Positions 23,412-32,000 of a stretch of 32,000 nt of DNA are shown piece by piece. Every line of letters begins with the position of its first letter. The first letter of the stretch is position 1. Source of the stretch: Candidatus Bathyarchaeota archaeon (GTDB lineage: Archaea > Thermoproteota > Bathyarchaeia > Bathyarchaeales > Bathycorpusculaceae); assembly GCA_026014705.1 (NCBI GenBank), contig JAOZHU010000034.1, positions 12,081 through 44,080 on the forward strand, written 5' to 3'. Under the pieces are notes generated by a model. That model made no database searches. It worked only from the letters and a program-made list of their open reading frames with translations, and was not told the DNA's origin. Position numbers and translations under genes: made by a program.

Positions 23412-24263
23412 ATGGTGGAAACAGTGTTCAAGAGCGTCGGAATAGTCGCCCGCTATGACAGAAAGCAAGCACTGCAGCTCGCTGAAGAATTGGCAGAGTA
23501 CCTGAAAGGCAGGAAACTGCAAGTTTGCATAGAAAATTCGCTCGCGGGAAAAGTGAGTACCCAAGAGAAAATGGTTTCTCTGGCGGAGATGAAGACAGAT
23601 TTCATAATAACCATCGGCGGAGACGGCACCATCCTGCGAACCAGCATCGCGTTGCCCAAGCCTGAACCGCCGATATTAGCCATCAACATGGGTGTCCGCG
23701 GTTTCCTCACAGAAGTGGAGCCTAAAGACGCATACGCTGCTGTGGAGAAATGTTTGGAAGGCGAGTTCAAGATTGAAAAATGCGCCAAGCTCGCAGCGGC
23801 TACGGATGGCTGCACAATTCCAGACGCGTTGAACGACATCGTTATTTCTGCGGGGGAACCCTCGAAGATACTGTACACGCAGATATTCAAAAATGATGAG
23901 CCCATCTTGAAGTGTGAATCGGACGGTTTGATAATGTCTACGCAGACAGGCTCGACGGGTTATTCACTTTCGGCGGGCGGACCAGTTTTAGACACGGAAG
24001 TAGACGCGTTCGTGGTGACGCCCATTTGCTCATTGACAGTATTCCGTTCGCTTGTTTTTCCAGCAGACTCCAAAGTCACGATTCAAGCCATCAGACCGAA
24101 AGAGGTGCTTGTGCTGGTTGACGGCAACTACCGTCAACTCGTAACGTCAAAAAACCCCACGTTAACGGTTACGCGCTCCAAAAACGTAACTTCGTTCATC
24201 AGGTTTAAAGATGAATTCTACCATCGCCTACGAAGCAGAGTTCTGTTCAAAGGAATGGGATGA
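23412..24263 (+). CDS. nadK: NAD(+) kinase
   Basis: ...DFIITIGGDGTILRT... (GGDGT motif) and ...NDIVI...DGLIMSTQTGSTGYSLSAGGPVL... are typical of NadK/PpnK. Confidence 0.9.
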   Translation: MVETVFKSVGIVARYDRKQALQLAEELAEYLKGRKLQVCIENSLAGKVSTQEKMVSLAEMKTDFIITIGGDGTILRTSIALPKPEPPILAINMGVRGFLTEVEPKDAYAAVEKCLEGEFKIEKCAKLAAATDGCTIPDALNDIVISAGEPSKILYTQIFKNDEPILKCESDGLIMSTQTGSTGYSLSAGGPVLDTEVDAFVVTPICSLTVFRSLVFPADSKVTIQAIRPKEVLVLVDGNYRQLVTSKNPTLTVTRSKNVTSFIRFKDEFYHRLRSRVLFKGMG

Positions 24264-24297
24264 AAAAATCCACCGAAACAAGCCGTCTAAAAGAATA

Positions 24298-24819
24298 ATG
24301 GTCTTAGACACGTCTGCCTTTTTAGCAGGGTTCGATCCCTTAGCCGTAAACGAAGAACAAATCACCGTGCCTAATGTTCAAGAAGAAATAAGGTCAAACT
24401 CCATGACAGCGTTGCGGTTTGGGACAGCGGTGGAAAACGGGAAACTGAGAATCAAGGCGCCTGATGGAGAGTCCCTTAACAAGGCAAAGAGTGCTGCAAA
24501 TTCTGTTGGCGACTCGTATTACTTATCAGAAACCGACACGCAACTCTTAGCCTTGTCTTTGGAGCTCAAATCAGCAGGATATGACCCTCAGATAATATCA
24601 GATGACTATTCAATACAGAACGTCGCTGCAAAAATGGGAATAGACTTTGCAGCGCTTGCAACCTTTGGCATCCGTCGCTTGCTGGAATGGGTTAGGTACT
24701 GCCCAGCTTGCCATAAAGAATACGCGGCAGACGCGGGTGCAGCAACGTGCATGGTGTGCGGCACACAACTGAAACGTAAACCTCGGAGAACAACTAAAAA
24801 TCTAAAAAGCACAAGCTAG
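24298..24819 (+). CDS. nob1: PIN-domain endonuclease with C-terminal zinc ribbon (Nob1-like)
   Basis: MVLDTSAFLAGF... PIN N-terminus, ...SETDTQLLALSLEL..., and C-terminal CPACH...CMVCG. Start moved to the ATG at 24298. Confidence 0.65.
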   Translation: MVLDTSAFLAGFDPLAVNEEQITVPNVQEEIRSNSMTALRFGTAVENGKLRIKAPDGESLNKAKSAANSVGDSYYLSETDTQLLALSLELKSAGYDPQIISDDYSIQNVAAKMGIDFAALATFGIRRLLEWVRYCPACHKEYAADAGAATCMVCGTQLKRKPRRTTKNLKSTS

Positions 24820-24842
24820 CAAGAACAAAATAGGAGACCTTT

Positions 24843-25418
24843 ATGGAGTCACATGCAAAGAAGGCGGTCTATTTCAGTGAGGCAGGCGAACAAAACACTG
24901 ATGTGCTTCTGCAAATCGTTAAAGAATACGTCAATAAGGAAAACATCAGCAATATCATCGTAGCCTCATCCACAGGCGAAACAGGAGCTAAAGTGGCTAA
25001 AATTTTCAAAGGTAAAAACACAGTGATAGTCACGCATTGCCACGGCTTTGAGCAACCTAACAAGTCTGAACTTCAAGAAAGATTCAAACAAGAGATTCTG
25101 GTAAATGGAGCAAAAATCTTTACTGGAACCCACGCCTTAAGCAGCGCAGAAAGAGCAATTCGCAACACTTTTGGTACCCTTGAACCGCTGGAGCTGATCT
25201 CCTATACGCTTAGGCTAATGGGGCAAGGGACAAAAGTCTGCGTGGAAATAACGCTCATGGCTATGGACGCAGGATTAATCCCCGCTGGCCAAGATGTCGT
25301 CGCTGTAGGCGGCACTGGAAGCGGCGCTGACACGGCACTACGCATCAAACCCGCCAACGCCGCAAGATTCTTCGACCTGAAAATAAAGGAAGTAATTGCA
25401 AAACCAAGCAACTTCTGA
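24843..25418 (+). CDS. Pyruvate-kinase C-terminal (alpha/beta) domain-like protein
   Basis: 191 aa. ...IIVASSTGETGAKVAKIF...VIVTH... and ...DVVAVGGTGSGADTALRIKP... resemble stand-alone PK_C-like proteins of archaea. Function unknown. Confidence 0.5.
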   Translation: MESHAKKAVYFSEAGEQNTDVLLQIVKEYVNKENISNIIVASSTGETGAKVAKIFKGKNTVIVTHCHGFEQPNKSELQERFKQEILVNGAKIFTGTHALSSAERAIRNTFGTLEPLELISYTLRLMGQGTKVCVEITLMAMDAGLIPAGQDVVAVGGTGSGADTALRIKPANAARFFDLKIKEVIAKPSNF

Positions 25419-25427
25419 AGCCGCGGC

Positions 25428-26768
25428 TTAGGCTTCTTTCGCAACTTCAACTATTGAATCTTCAACGATATCCAACGCTGCATCCAGCAGTTCCCGCTGA
25501 ATCGTAAGCGGCGGCGCTATCCTCAGCGTCGAAGCACCACAAGTCACAACCGCCACGCCTCGCTTCCATGCACGATTAACCACCTGTGCAGCCTTCTGCG
25601 GAGCTGGCTTCTTGCTGCTCTTATCTTCAACCAGTTCCACACCAATCATTAAGCCTTTCCCACGTACATCACCAATGACTTCGCATCGTTCCTGCAACTC
25701 GCCAAGCCGCTTCAAAGCATAAGCGCCTTGTTTGGAAGCGTTTTCAAGCAGTTTCTCTTCCTTTATTATGTCTATTACAGCAACTGCGGCGGCACATGAC
25801 AGCGGGTTCCCGCCGAAAGTGCTCGCGTGAGAACCCCCAGTCCAGTCCATAACTTTTGCGTTTGCAACAGTTGCGCCTATTGGTAGCCCAGAAGCCAAAG
25901 CCTTTGCGCAGCAAACGATATCGGGCTCCACACCCCAATGTTCAATAGCGAACCATTTACCAGTCCTGCCTACTCCAGACTGTACTTCGTCAGCAATGAG
26001 CAGAAACCCGTATTTTTCGGCAAGCCTCTTCAACCTTTGAAAATATTCAGGTGGTGGAACCACGTAGCCGCCCTCGCCCTGGATCGGCTCGAAAAGCAGG
26101 GCAGCCACATCTTCCGGCGGCAAATACTTCTGCAAAACAAACTCATCAATAAAATCCACGCACCAATAGTGGCATTCAGGATAAGCAAGTTTGAAAGGGC
26201 AACGGTAACAATAAGCGTAAGGCACATGAGCCACGCCGGGCATTAGCGGCGAGAAGTAGCGCCTCTGAACTGGCTTGCTGGCAGTGAAAGACAAAGCGCC
26301 TACAGTGCGTCCGTGAAAAGCACTGATGAACCCGATGAATAAAGGTTTACGCGTGTGCCACTTAGCAAGTTTAACCGCCGCTTCAACTGCTTCAGTGCCG
26401 CTGTTGCCGAAATACGTTTTCTTTTCAAAGCTGCCGGGAACCACTTCGGACAGTTTTTCCGCAAGAGCAATTACTTCTTTGTAATAGAAATCCGTGTTCG
26501 AGTAGTGTAGAAAACGGTCACATTGAGCTTTTACAGCAGCAACCACTCGAGGGTGGCTATGCCCTACATTCATACAGGCGATACCCGAGTTGAAGTCTAT
26601 GTACTCGTTGCCATCCACGTCTTTTACTACGCAGTCGTTAGCTGATTCAACAACAAGCGGGTAGTAGCGCGCATACGAAGGCGAAACAAACCGTTCATCT
26701 TTCTTCAAAAAAAGTCTGGCTTTTGGACCGGGCGGAGAAACAACAATCTTCGGGTAATCAGTCATCAT
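25428..26768 (-). CDS. Class III PLP-dependent aminotransferase (GabT/ArgD-like)
   Basis: ...GNSGTEAVEAAVKLA..., ...LLIADEVQSGVGRTGKWFAIEHWGVEPDIVCCAKALASG... (PLP-lysine region), ...TFGGNPL.... Start moved to the ATG at 26768, preceded by AGGAG. Confidence 0.88.
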   Translation of the reverse strand: MMTDYPKIVVSPPGPKARLFLKKDERFVSPSYARYYPLVVESANDCVVKDVDGNEYIDFNSGIACMNVGHSHPRVVAAVKAQCDRFLHYSNTDFYYKEVIALAEKLSEVVPGSFEKKTYFGNSGTEAVEAAVKLAKWHTRKPLFIGFISAFHGRTVGALSFTASKPVQRRYFSPLMPGVAHVPYAYCYRCPFKLAYPECHYWCVDFIDEFVLQKYLPPEDVAALLFEPIQGEGGYVVPPPEYFQRLKRLAEKYGFLLIADEVQSGVGRTGKWFAIEHWGVEPDIVCCAKALASGLPIGATVANAKVMDWTGGSHASTFGGNPLSCAAAVAVIDIIKEEKLLENASKQGAYALKRLGELQERCEVIGDVRGKGLMIGVELVEDKSSKKPAPQKAAQVVNRAWKRGVAVVTCGASTLRIAPPLTIQRELLDAALDIVEDSIVEVAKEA

Positions 26769-26846
26769 GCTCAACTCCTGACTGCGACTAGGCTCTGACG
26801 GCGTATTAACCTTTACGCAGGGGCGCTGCATGAAAATTAGATGTTG

Positions 26847-28673
26847 CTATAGAAGCGCCAAGAGCAAGATCAAAAGCAAGCCCTCGAGCGCGAAGATGGG
26901 AACCACTATTTGCTTCGCCTTCTTAAGAGCCGTATCAACAAGCAGAGACAATGATTCTAAACGTGCTTGTCCAATGACCCTAACTTTTGGGACAATTATG
27001 CGTTTGCATCCGGCTCTGCAGCTTTCCAAACGAGACGCGGCAGACTTCGCAACATCAATAATGCACCTCATAAGCAATTCCTGGTTCATGGCTTCGCCTA
27101 CAGGATGGTAACCGCGGCGCCCCAGCACAACAGCGCTAACCGCGTGCGTGTCAGTTGTGAAGACTTCGCTTTCGTCAAATCCGCTGGAAGCTAAAGCAGA
27201 GAGAATTTTTTCACGAAGCCCAGAAATCATGTTATTTCCGTCAATGACCACGTAAGCCGATTTCTGTTCAGCAACCTTAATCACAATCGCGGTTATACCA
27301 CCTGAACCCATCCCATCTTTGAGACTGAACTCTTTAGGGAAAACAGTAGCAGCACCCACCTCGAAAGGTCTAGCTGGCAGAGAAATAGCCTTCTTTAGGC
27401 AAGCAGTAGCCACGGCACGCAAAGCATCCAAAGACACATCCATCAGTTCGGTGTCATCGATGCTGTTATGGGCGTTCACCACAACCGCACAGTCAAGCCC
27501 AAATTTCTCTGCCTCTTCACGAACGATACGACCCAACTCCTGCGGCAAATCTTCAGTGGTTTCAGGCGCAAGCGTAAACGACAGGAACGCAGTTTTCCCG
27601 AAAACTTGGCAAACAGCAGTAACCCCGCCCTCTGTGGCTTTGACCATGGGCGAGGCGGTCTCACTAGACGCTGCAAATTCAGCTGAAGCCAACACGCTAT
27701 CAATTATTCGGTGATTTTGCGTTTGTGAAGCCAAATCAAGCTCATGACCGAGAATGCCTAAGGGAACGCAGGCTTCGCAGTTGAATTTCTTTTCAAATTC
27801 CGCCTTCAGCAAAGACGGCAGGAGACTACTTCCAATGTTTTTGAATGGTCCTGGATGCACAAGGGGCACAATTATCGCCGCCTTAGTTTGGGACGAATCG
27901 AATTTCAGGAAAGAGACTTCTACATCCTCATCTTCTCCGAGGTTCTCAAGAAGCTCTTCGAAAGGCGCGTTGAGCGCAACTACCCAGTTCAGCATGAAAG
28001 CGCGGAAAATAGGCATTGCAGGCACGCCGTACACCCGCTTTCCCAAACGGTCTACTATACGGATAAACACGAAAGCGGAGACATAGGACGCTATTGGTGC
28101 TATAAGGAGAAAAGGCAAAATTTGAAGAATATTGATGCTCATAAGCCTTATCCAGAAAAGCATGAAAATCACCACGCAGAGGAAAGGTTGAAGCAGAGAA
28201 GCCATTATGCGCCTCGCAATTGGCACCGAAGAAGTTGCGAGGAAAACAACAAAACGCAGAGTCAACACCGCCGCAAACCCTAAAAGGCAAAGTTTAATCC
28301 ACCACCACAAAGTAAACAGGCTTCCAAAACCAACGCCGAGAAGGATGAAAACCAACCAGAAAAGCCAGCCGAAAAGAGAAAGCGCCACGGTCCGCCGCAG
28401 AACGTATATAGGATCACGCAAAACGCTCTTGCTAATCACGTAGTCGCCGACGAAAGTTGCAGCGAAAAGGGAAACACCAAAAAGCAAGCTGGCGAGTAAC
28501 CCATTAATGGACGAGAAAAGGGCGAAAGTGGAAAGCCCTACTACACTTATACAGAGCACAGCCACGGCTGCGAGGGCTTTCTTGAATGTGGGGAGAAAGA
28601 ACAGCGAAGCATAATGTTTCACTGCCTTATTTATGGAGTGATTCATGGAATTCTCAGTCGCCACATTCACCAT
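26847..28673 (-). CDS. Multi-pass membrane protein with a large C-terminal soluble domain (DUF2070-like)
   Basis: 608 aa. The N-terminal half has about 7 hydrophobic helices. The C-terminal half (...VPLVHPGPFKNIGSS...) is soluble-like. The family name is from memory of this architecture and was not verified. Confidence 0.5.
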   Translation of the reverse strand: MVNVATENSMNHSINKAVKHYASLFFLPTFKKALAAVAVLCISVVGLSTFALFSSINGLLASLLFGVSLFAATFVGDYVISKSVLRDPIYVLRRTVALSLFGWLFWLVFILLGVGFGSLFTLWWWIKLCLLGFAAVLTLRFVVFLATSSVPIARRIMASLLQPFLCVVIFMLFWIRLMSINILQILPFLLIAPIASYVSAFVFIRIVDRLGKRVYGVPAMPIFRAFMLNWVVALNAPFEELLENLGEDEDVEVSFLKFDSSQTKAAIIVPLVHPGPFKNIGSSLLPSLLKAEFEKKFNCEACVPLGILGHELDLASQTQNHRIIDSVLASAEFAASSETASPMVKATEGGVTAVCQVFGKTAFLSFTLAPETTEDLPQELGRIVREEAEKFGLDCAVVVNAHNSIDDTELMDVSLDALRAVATACLKKAISLPARPFEVGAATVFPKEFSLKDGMGSGGITAIVIKVAEQKSAYVVIDGNNMISGLREKILSALASSGFDESEVFTTDTHAVSAVVLGRRGYHPVGEAMNQELLMRCIIDVAKSAASRLESCRAGCKRIIVPKVRVIGQARLESLSLLVDTALKKAKQIVVPIFALEGLLLILLLALL

Positions 28674-28924
28674 CTCAAAGCGGGTTCTTTATGAGATAAA
28701 ACATTGCTTATTAAAGTCTAGCCAAGTCAGGGAACAAATTCTGCGACACTAAAGCGCCTTACGCAGTAATTTCAGAGGATGCCAAATTCGATGTTGACAT
28801 GAAACAGTTAAAAGCCAAGGCAACAAAATAGGTCACCCAGACCGCTGCACCATGAACTCGGCACCTCATACAGTAGCAACTGTTTTATCTGCAGAGTGCA
28901 TATTATAATAGTTTTGCGAAGCCT

Positions 28925-29209
28925 ATGCCAGAGCAAGAAGTGCCTATCACCATATTCCACATGCTCGAAAAGAATCTAGGCAAGAAAATCAGAGTAATCT
29001 TGGACCCAGCCTACGGTTTCGAGGGCACCCTAGCAGCGGTGACGCATGAACCCGCAGGGATATGGCTTTCAGACGCCGAAGCAATCGTTTTAAGAGCAAC
29101 AATTGCTCAGCCTATACCGCAAGTTGCAAGCAGAGAAGAAAGAAGCGAATTATTCCTTCATCTGGATTCAGTGCAGAGAATAGAAGTCCTGCATCCTCCA
29201 CGCCGCTGA
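28925..29209 (+). CDS. Hypothetical protein, possibly Sm-like (LSm) fold
   Basis: ...LEKNLGKKIRVILDPAYGFEGTLAAV...IWLSDAEAIVL... loosely follows the Sm1 pattern. The match is weak. Confidence 0.35.
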   Translation: MPEQEVPITIFHMLEKNLGKKIRVILDPAYGFEGTLAAVTHEPAGIWLSDAEAIVLRATIAQPIPQVASREERSELFLHLDSVQRIEVLHPPRR

Positions 29210-29228
29210 AAACGCGGTAAAGACGCTT

Positions 29229-29399
29229 CTATACTGGGAAGAAAACTTTTGCCAAGACAGAAATAACCACCAAAGCCACCGCAAAAACTACAAGCAGCTC
29301 TGGCTTAATTTTGATGCCTTCAGTCTCTTCCTCGAAGAACCTAAGCAAGCCTGCACTCGCCGCAGGCATCGGAGCTTTATCTTTCCTCTTTTTACTCAT
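29229..29399 (-). CDS. secG: Preprotein translocase subunit Sec61beta
   Basis: MSKKRKDKAPMPAASAGLLRFFEEE...IKIKPELLVVFAVALVVISVLA is the typical archaeal Sec61beta layout: basic N-terminus, GL.RFF, and a single C-terminal TM. Start moved to the ATG at 29399. Confidence 0.75.
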   Translation of the reverse strand: MSKKRKDKAPMPAASAGLLRFFEEETEGIKIKPELLVVFAVALVVISVLAKVFFPV

Positions 29400-29528
29400 C
29401 ACTTTTCCCTGCAAACTACTGAAACGCTGTAGTCCTATAATTTTCTCTGGATTATTAATCTTACGAACTATTTTACTTTTACCTAAAGCTTTAACTCTCG
29501 AGAAACGCTAAAAGCCACAGCTAAAACG

Positions 29529-29825
29529 GTGGACAACATGCACATACGCGAGTTTCAAGAAATGATGAAATATCTATACTTTCACAGAGACGCAGAACGC
29601 GGCATAAAAGGGACATGCGAGTGGCTCGGGGACGAAGTAAAAGAATTGGAAGAAGCCTTAAGAGAAGAGGACACAGAAGCCACTGAAAAAGAGTTCGCAG
29701 ATGTCATCGCATGGCTGACTTCGCTGGCGAACATAGCGGGAATCGACCTAGAAAAAGCAGCCCTTAAAAAGTACAACGGCAGATGCCCAAAATGCCAAAA
29801 GGCACCATGCCAATGCACGTTCTAG
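29529..29825 (+). CDS. MazG-like nucleotide pyrophosphohydrolase domain protein with C-terminal Cys cluster
   Basis: ...IREFQEMM......LGDEVKELEEAL...EKEFADVIAWLTSLANIAGIDLE... is the all-alpha NTP-PPase pattern. The C-terminus is CPKCQKAPCQC. Start is the GTG at 29529 or the ATG at 29538. Confidence 0.6.
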   Translation: MDNMHIREFQEMMKYLYFHRDAERGIKGTCEWLGDEVKELEEALREEDTEATEKEFADVIAWLTSLANIAGIDLEKAALKKYNGRCPKCQKAPCQCTF

Positions 29826-30055
29826 CTAACTAATCGTTTCTGCCCCAACCCCGTCAGCATCCACGAGCAGGGCTTGCCTCCCTTTCGGCTGACAACGCCT
29901 TCAACTTCCAGAAGCCGCAAGTGATGCATGACTACAGCATACGATAAAGATTGTGCTTTCGCTATTGCACTTGCAGTAGAGACCTGTTTGTCTAGCGCAT
30001 TCAGTATGCTGGTTCTGGCTCTGAGACCATTCCTCACGTTTCTTATGTGTTGCAA
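29822..30055 (-). CDS. Small winged-helix (ArsR-like) transcriptional regulator
   Basis: ...ILNALDKQVSTASAIAKAQSLSYAVVMHHLRLLEVEGVVSRK... TTG/GTG start. Its TAG shares the palindrome CTAG with the convergent MazG-like stop. Confidence 0.5.
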   Translation of the reverse strand: MQHIRNVRNGLRARTSILNALDKQVSTASAIAKAQSLSYAVVMHHLRLLEVEGVVSRKGGKPCSWMLTGLGQKRLVS

Positions 30056-30134
30056 GTAAGCATTCGGGTGATAAAGTCCTCTGATGGTACTTCACCAAGA
30101 ATAGAATAAGCGCCTTATATTGAAAAGCTTTAGG

Positions 30135-32000
30135 CTACGCGAAGTCCGTGAGACTTATTTGTTTAGGTTTTTTGTTGTCGAACATTGAAGCAATCTCCTC
30201 CTTCATCAAAGTAAGCCTCTGAGTGTAATACTTGGGCAAACCATACTTGTCAACCAACTGCTGTGCAGCCTCCAAGTACTTTTCTATTCCACCGCGGTAA
30301 ACTGTCAGCGTTAAAGGTCCACCACAGTAAAGGCACTTGCCGCGGAGAGGCAAACGTCGAAAACGCTTATTGCATGATTTGCACCTAAACGCCTGAGTGG
30401 AAAAGGCGCGCAGGTTACCCGCAATGTCGCGGATGAAATGTGTTGTCAGCACTTTCAGTGCAACGTAGCGCACATCTACAGCGTCAATTCTTTCGCCGAG
30501 CCCCAACTGCAAGTTCAGTTTTTCAATCATCGACTTGAACTGCTTATAAGAACTTTCAGCATTACCGAGGTTTATATTAGAAACAGGCGTCGTAAATTTG
30601 AAACCTTCAAATTGCCCTTCACTACCAAGCCGACTACTAACAAGATCCATTAGTGAGCTAGCACGCTTAGCCTCAGCCCGCTCCAAAGTCGTCTCGTAAA
30701 ATTCAAGAGGATAATCTCCGTCAACATCAAAATCATGGGCTTGCCTCTGCACCTCTTTCGTGTTAACAAAAGGAATCAACAACAAAGGCGCATCCATTAT
30801 GCCGCCTATCTGCGCAGGCAAATACTTGCGGGAAAAATTCAGCAGCGTGTCCAGGGCCAGCATAACCGTGTCCTCATCACCGTCGCAGTCACGCCGCTTA
30901 GCGGAGTGCCAAATAGGATGCGCATAGCAAACACTGAGCTCTGTGAATCCGATAATTCGCCCGATTATGCTGACGCATGTGTGAGGAGCTAACCCCATAA
31001 TCAAGTGCCCAACCAACTCGTCAGCGGTTTTAACATTGTAATAGCTTGGAAGGTGGTAGACACGGGTTAACAGGTCGTCTATGAAGTTTGCTACTTGCAC
31101 AAAGTATTCAGCGGCTCTTCTGGGAATTACAACATCTTGAATTCTAAGCTCACAAACTTGATCAGGGTCAACTAAAGGAGCACCAAACATGTCGCAGGAG
31201 TATCCAAGTCCTCTAAGCCTAGCAACTGCAACGCCTATCTCTGCGGGTTTAAAATGCGTCAAAGGAGCGTTGGTAGCGTCAAAACGGATAGTGCCATCCT
31301 TGTAAACCGATAAATCATGCTTCGCCCGCAAAACGCCTTTTTCGACGATTTCAGGAGTCTTCTCCTCATTCGTCAAGCCCTTAACGCCTTTCAAAAGTTT
31401 GGGAACCCCCGCGTTGAGAGCACGGCAAGCATCATCAAGCAGCTCCTTGAAGTTCACAGCCTGCCTCTGATAAGGTACAGCATCAGCTTTGCACGCTGAA
31501 CACCCATTTTCCTTCAAGGGCTTACCGCAACGAGGACAACTTTTTTCAACAACAGTCTCACAGCCGCAAGCGTTGCACTTTACCTTAAAAGTATAAGTCT
31601 TGCAAGTAGGGCACTTACGTTTGGCAACTTCAACGAACACAGGACCCTTCTTCCCAGCCTCCACTAAGTCTCTGTGAGAACCCCCAGCTAAACTCACCGG
31701 AAAAAGCACATGCACCAGCGGCTTCATCTCGCGTCTCTTTGCCTTTTCAGGACGCCCCATACGCGCACCCACAAAGGTAGGCGCCTTATCCTTAACTTCC
31801 ACACCAGAAAGCAAACTCACCGCCTTTAAAACAGAATCAGCTAAGGCAACTTCCGCAGTTTGACAAGCACTCTTACCGTATCCAAGAGAAAAAGCGAAGG
31901 CGTGAGCATCCTCACCTTCAAGGACAACCTTGCCGTCCAAAAGCTTATGCGGCACGAATATTTTTCTCAGAGCCTGAATGGCGTTTGGTTCTGCTGCTCC
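30135..32000 (-). CDS. DNA polymerase II (PolD) large subunit DP2, C-terminal part. The gene continues beyond the window edge.
   Basis: ...HPIWHSAKRRDCDGDEDTVMLALD... catalytic motif, plus several CxxC zinc modules (CPTCK...CNACG, CPRCG...CSACK, CKSC...CLYCG). The frame stays open from 31955 to 32000. Confidence 0.92.
   Translation of the reverse strand, partial: GAAEPNAIQALRKIFVPHKLLDGKVVLEGEDAHAFAFSLGYGKSACQTAEVALADSVLKAVSLLSGVEVKDKAPTFVGARMGRPEKAKRREMKPLVHVLFPVSLAGGSHRDLVEAGKKGPVFVEVAKRKCPTCKTYTFKVKCNACGCETVVEKSCPRCGKPLKENGCSACKADAVPYQRQAVNFKELLDDACRALNAGVPKLLKGVKGLTNEEKTPEIVEKGVLRAKHDLSVYKDGTIRFDATNAPLTHFKPAEIGVAVARLRGLGYSCDMFGAPLVDPDQVCELRIQDVVIPRRAAEYFVQVANFIDDLLTRVYHLPSYYNVKTADELVGHLIMGLAPHTCVSIIGRIIGFTELSVCYAHPIWHSAKRRDCDGDEDTVMLALDTLLNFSRKYLPAQIGGIMDAPLLLIPFVNTKEVQRQAHDFDVDGDYPLEFYETTLERAEAKRASSLMDLVSSRLGSEGQFEGFKFTTPVSNINLGNAESSYKQFKSMIEKLNLQLGLGERIDAVDVRYVALKVLTTHFIRDIAGNLRAFSTQAFRCKSCNKRFRRLPLRGKCLYCGGPLTLTVYRGGIEKYLEAAQQLVDKYGLPKYYTQRLTLMKEEIASMFDNKKPKQISLTDFA

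Noticed and set aside
29822-29825. The convergent MazG-like and wHTH genes share the palindromic CTAG as their stop codons.
   Set aside because: This is a trivial consequence of TAG being self-complementary in CTAG. It has no functional implication beyond tight packing.
1-32000. CRISPR arrays, rRNA genes, inteins in PolD, and programmed frameshift sites.
   Set aside because: No regularly spaced direct repeats, no rRNA-like sequence, and no insertion in the DP2 C-terminal region. No pair of adjacent same-strand ORFs is better explained by a frameshift.

Overview
The window is archaeal chromosome. Evidence: archaeal-type ribosomal proteins, aIF5A, Pus10, Rpo4/RpoF, L21e, Sec61beta and the PolD large subunit. 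Many genes have GGAGG-type Shine-Dalgarno sites. PolD plus the CxxC-x17-CxxC zinc-ribbon protein fit a Bathyarchaeia/TACK-like or euryarchaeal lineage, but I cannot place it more precisely.

Layout:
(1) 218-3531, minus strand: an rpl3-rpl4-rpl23-rpl2-rps19 operon that stops after S19. It is bracketed by an inverted repeat of about 85-90 bp.
(2) 3864-10569, minus strand: the conserved information-processing cluster. It holds a zinc-ribbon protein, a HemK/Mtq2-like methyltransferase, KsgA/Dim1, DUF655, RpoF, L21e, Pus10, SRP54 and aIF5A.
(3) about 10.6-23.4 kb: an accessory island. It contains one co-directional operon (AbrB-like regulator, unknown protein, SF3-like helicase, PrimPol-PriL-CTD primase with one in-frame TAG, two small ORFs, tyrosine integrase). 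It also contains a divergent wHTH gene, an IS110-family insertion, a hairpin array, and a lower-GC cargo block (small TrmB, secreted alpha/beta hydrolase, 721-aa TrmB-family protein, ECF S-component-like protein). A 14-bp direct repeat sits at both borders.
(4) 23412-32000: core genes again. These are NAD kinase, Nob1-like PIN/Zn-ribbon protein, PK_C-like protein, class III aminotransferase, DUF2070-like membrane protein, Sm-like protein, Sec61beta, MazG-like protein, a small wHTH protein, and the 3' part of PolD DP2 running off the window.

Most unusual observations:
- The sign of the third-codon-position G+T versus A+C bias flips sharply inside intact genes (rpl4 and aIF5A).
- A symmetric iteron and hairpin module, origin-like in form, is embedded in the helicase ORF.

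Limits: I saw no tRNA, rRNA or CRISPR array. Everything was read by eye, with no homology search or computation. Several starts were moved from the ORF track, which also uses GTG/TTG starts.
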